A stretch of 64,000 nt of DNA, taken from Macrostomum lignano. Its lineage: Eukaryota. Position numbers and translations under genes: made by a program. This document shows, one piece after another, positions 62,571-64,000 of this stretch. The notes under the pieces are model-generated. The model was given only the letters and a program-made list of their open reading frames with translations. It was not told the DNA's origin and searched no databases. Positions within the stretch are counted from its first letter, which is position 1. Every line of letters begins with the position of its first letter. The stretch covers positions 258,503 to 322,502 of the forward strand of contig NIVC01001279.1 in assembly GCA_002269645.1 (NCBI GenBank), written 5' to 3'.

Positions 62571-63326
62571 AACGCGATTACTTTTGTTGGCTATACTGGT
62601 AATCGCTCAAATATTATTTCAAATTTTCGCCATGACGATGATTTTTTTCACTATACCGGTAAGTAGCAACGGATATTCTATAGATGTTCTTGCTAGCTCT
62701 ATCAATGAGCGATTTAATTCCATTTATTACTACTACTTACTGAAGTCGTGTCTGCTTTTCACATGCAACAGACTGCTTTCATTGTATAGAATATTATTAG
62801 TGTTGTTTGTGCTTGGCTGTATAAACATGCTGCTGCGCTTTTTGTTTTGCCAAAGTTTTCAGGTGATTTTTATGTCTTGCGTCGCTTAATATTTTTCTGT
62901 GAATTCTTTCTTTTTCGCTTGCTTTGTTCGGGTTTCCTGTGCGTGCCATGCATAACATTGATTTGTTTCGCAACATTGATTGCTAAACCATATTGATCAC
63001 ATGTTTTTTCAAGTAAATTGTCTTTGTTGAACTGACTAAAAAAGGCGCAATAAAACTAGCCCTTACGCTCGTACTCTATTATTTACATTAGTTCAATCTA
63101 ACAATATCTAAATCGTATACCGCGTATTATCTACGATAATTGATGTAAGCTTTCATTTTACTGTCGTTTGATAGACAACTTTCAGATACCTTTGTTGTAT
63201 CGATTTTACAATCAGGGAGTATGTATTGATAAGAAGCAGTGTTTCCTCTGTAATGCTCAGGAGGATGCTAGGAAATATTCTATGAAAGGTCATGAGCAAC
63301 CCTATAAAACCTTAAACCATATACGG

Positions 63327-64000
63327 TTCGGGCTGCTGGCTCTCTCTGAAATGCTCGGCTGCGGTTCTGTGGAAGATTCGGGCTGGCTCTCTCTGAAATG
63401 CTAGGCTGCGGTTCTGTGGAAGATTCGGGCTGGCTCTCTCTGAAATGCTAGGCTGCGGTTCTGTGGAAGATTCGGGCTGGCTCTCTCTGAAATGCCATGG
63501 CTGCGGTTCTGTGGAAGATTCGGGCTGGCTCTCTGAAATGCTAGGCTGCGGTTCTGTGGAAGATTCGGGCTGGCTCTCTCTGAAATGCTATGGCTGCGGT
63601 TCTGTGGAAGATTCGGGCTGGCTCTCTCTGAAATGCTATGGCTGCGGTTCTGTGGAAGATTCGGGCTGGCTCTCTCTGAAATGCTATGGCTGCGGTTCTG
63701 TGGAAGATTCGGGCTGGCTCTCTCTGAAATGCTATGGCTGCGGTTCTGTGGAAGATTCGGGCTGGCTCTCTCTGAAATGCTTGGCTGCGGTTCTGTGGAA
63801 GATTCGGGCTGGCTCTCTCTGAAATGCTATGCTGCGGTTCTGTGGAAGATTCGGGCTGGTCTCTCTGAAATGCTATGGCTGCGGTTCTGTGGAAGATTCG
63901 GGCTGGCTCTCTCTGAAATGCTATGCTGCGGTTTCTGTGGAAGATTCGGGCTGGCTCTCTCTGAAATGCTATGGCTGCGGTTCTGTGGAAGATTCGGGCT
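63327..64000. repeat. 46-48-bp tandem array (TGGCTGCGGTTCTGTGGAAGATTCGGGCTGGCTCTCTCTGAAATGCTA), runs off the window end
   Basis: Read directly. Confidence 0.96.

Overview
Eukaryotic, intron-containing and very repeat-rich animal DNA. The gene style, long microsatellites and tRNA-derived SINEs suggest a flatworm such as Macrostomum; this is inference only. Positions 1-17866 form a giant inverted duplication folded around a 31-nt loop (9472-9502). Its inner arms (about 4299-9471 and 9503-14787) look identical apart from microsatellite length, while its outer arms have diverged. Each arm carries an intronless orphan class A GPCR pointing at the centre, plus an internally deleted Ty3/Gypsy element nested in a CORE-like SINE. 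The rest of the window holds a two-TM orphan gene, low-complexity orphan genes, a 7-exon SEC14/spectrin (SESTD1/Trio N-terminus-like) gene, a melatonin-receptor-like GPCR and a C2H2 zinc-finger ORF. It also holds Gypsy, Penelope and SINE relics, a young non-coding LTR element whose interior is a 28-bp GC-rich tandem array, a solo LTR of the same family, and many mini/microsatellites. Four signals stand out. (1) A dispersed motif TA-CGAGCG-TA (9 exact hits, 7 independent) is shown by arm-to-arm comparison to be an 8-bp insertion at a TA site, i.e. a probable DNA-transposon excision footprint. (2) The two-tier palindrome could be real or an assembly fold-back. (3) A 29-bp minisatellite is inserted into a Gypsy pol with a 10-bp target-site duplication. 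(4) A 1.9-kb CpG desert. All alignments and counts were done by eye; no database searches were run.
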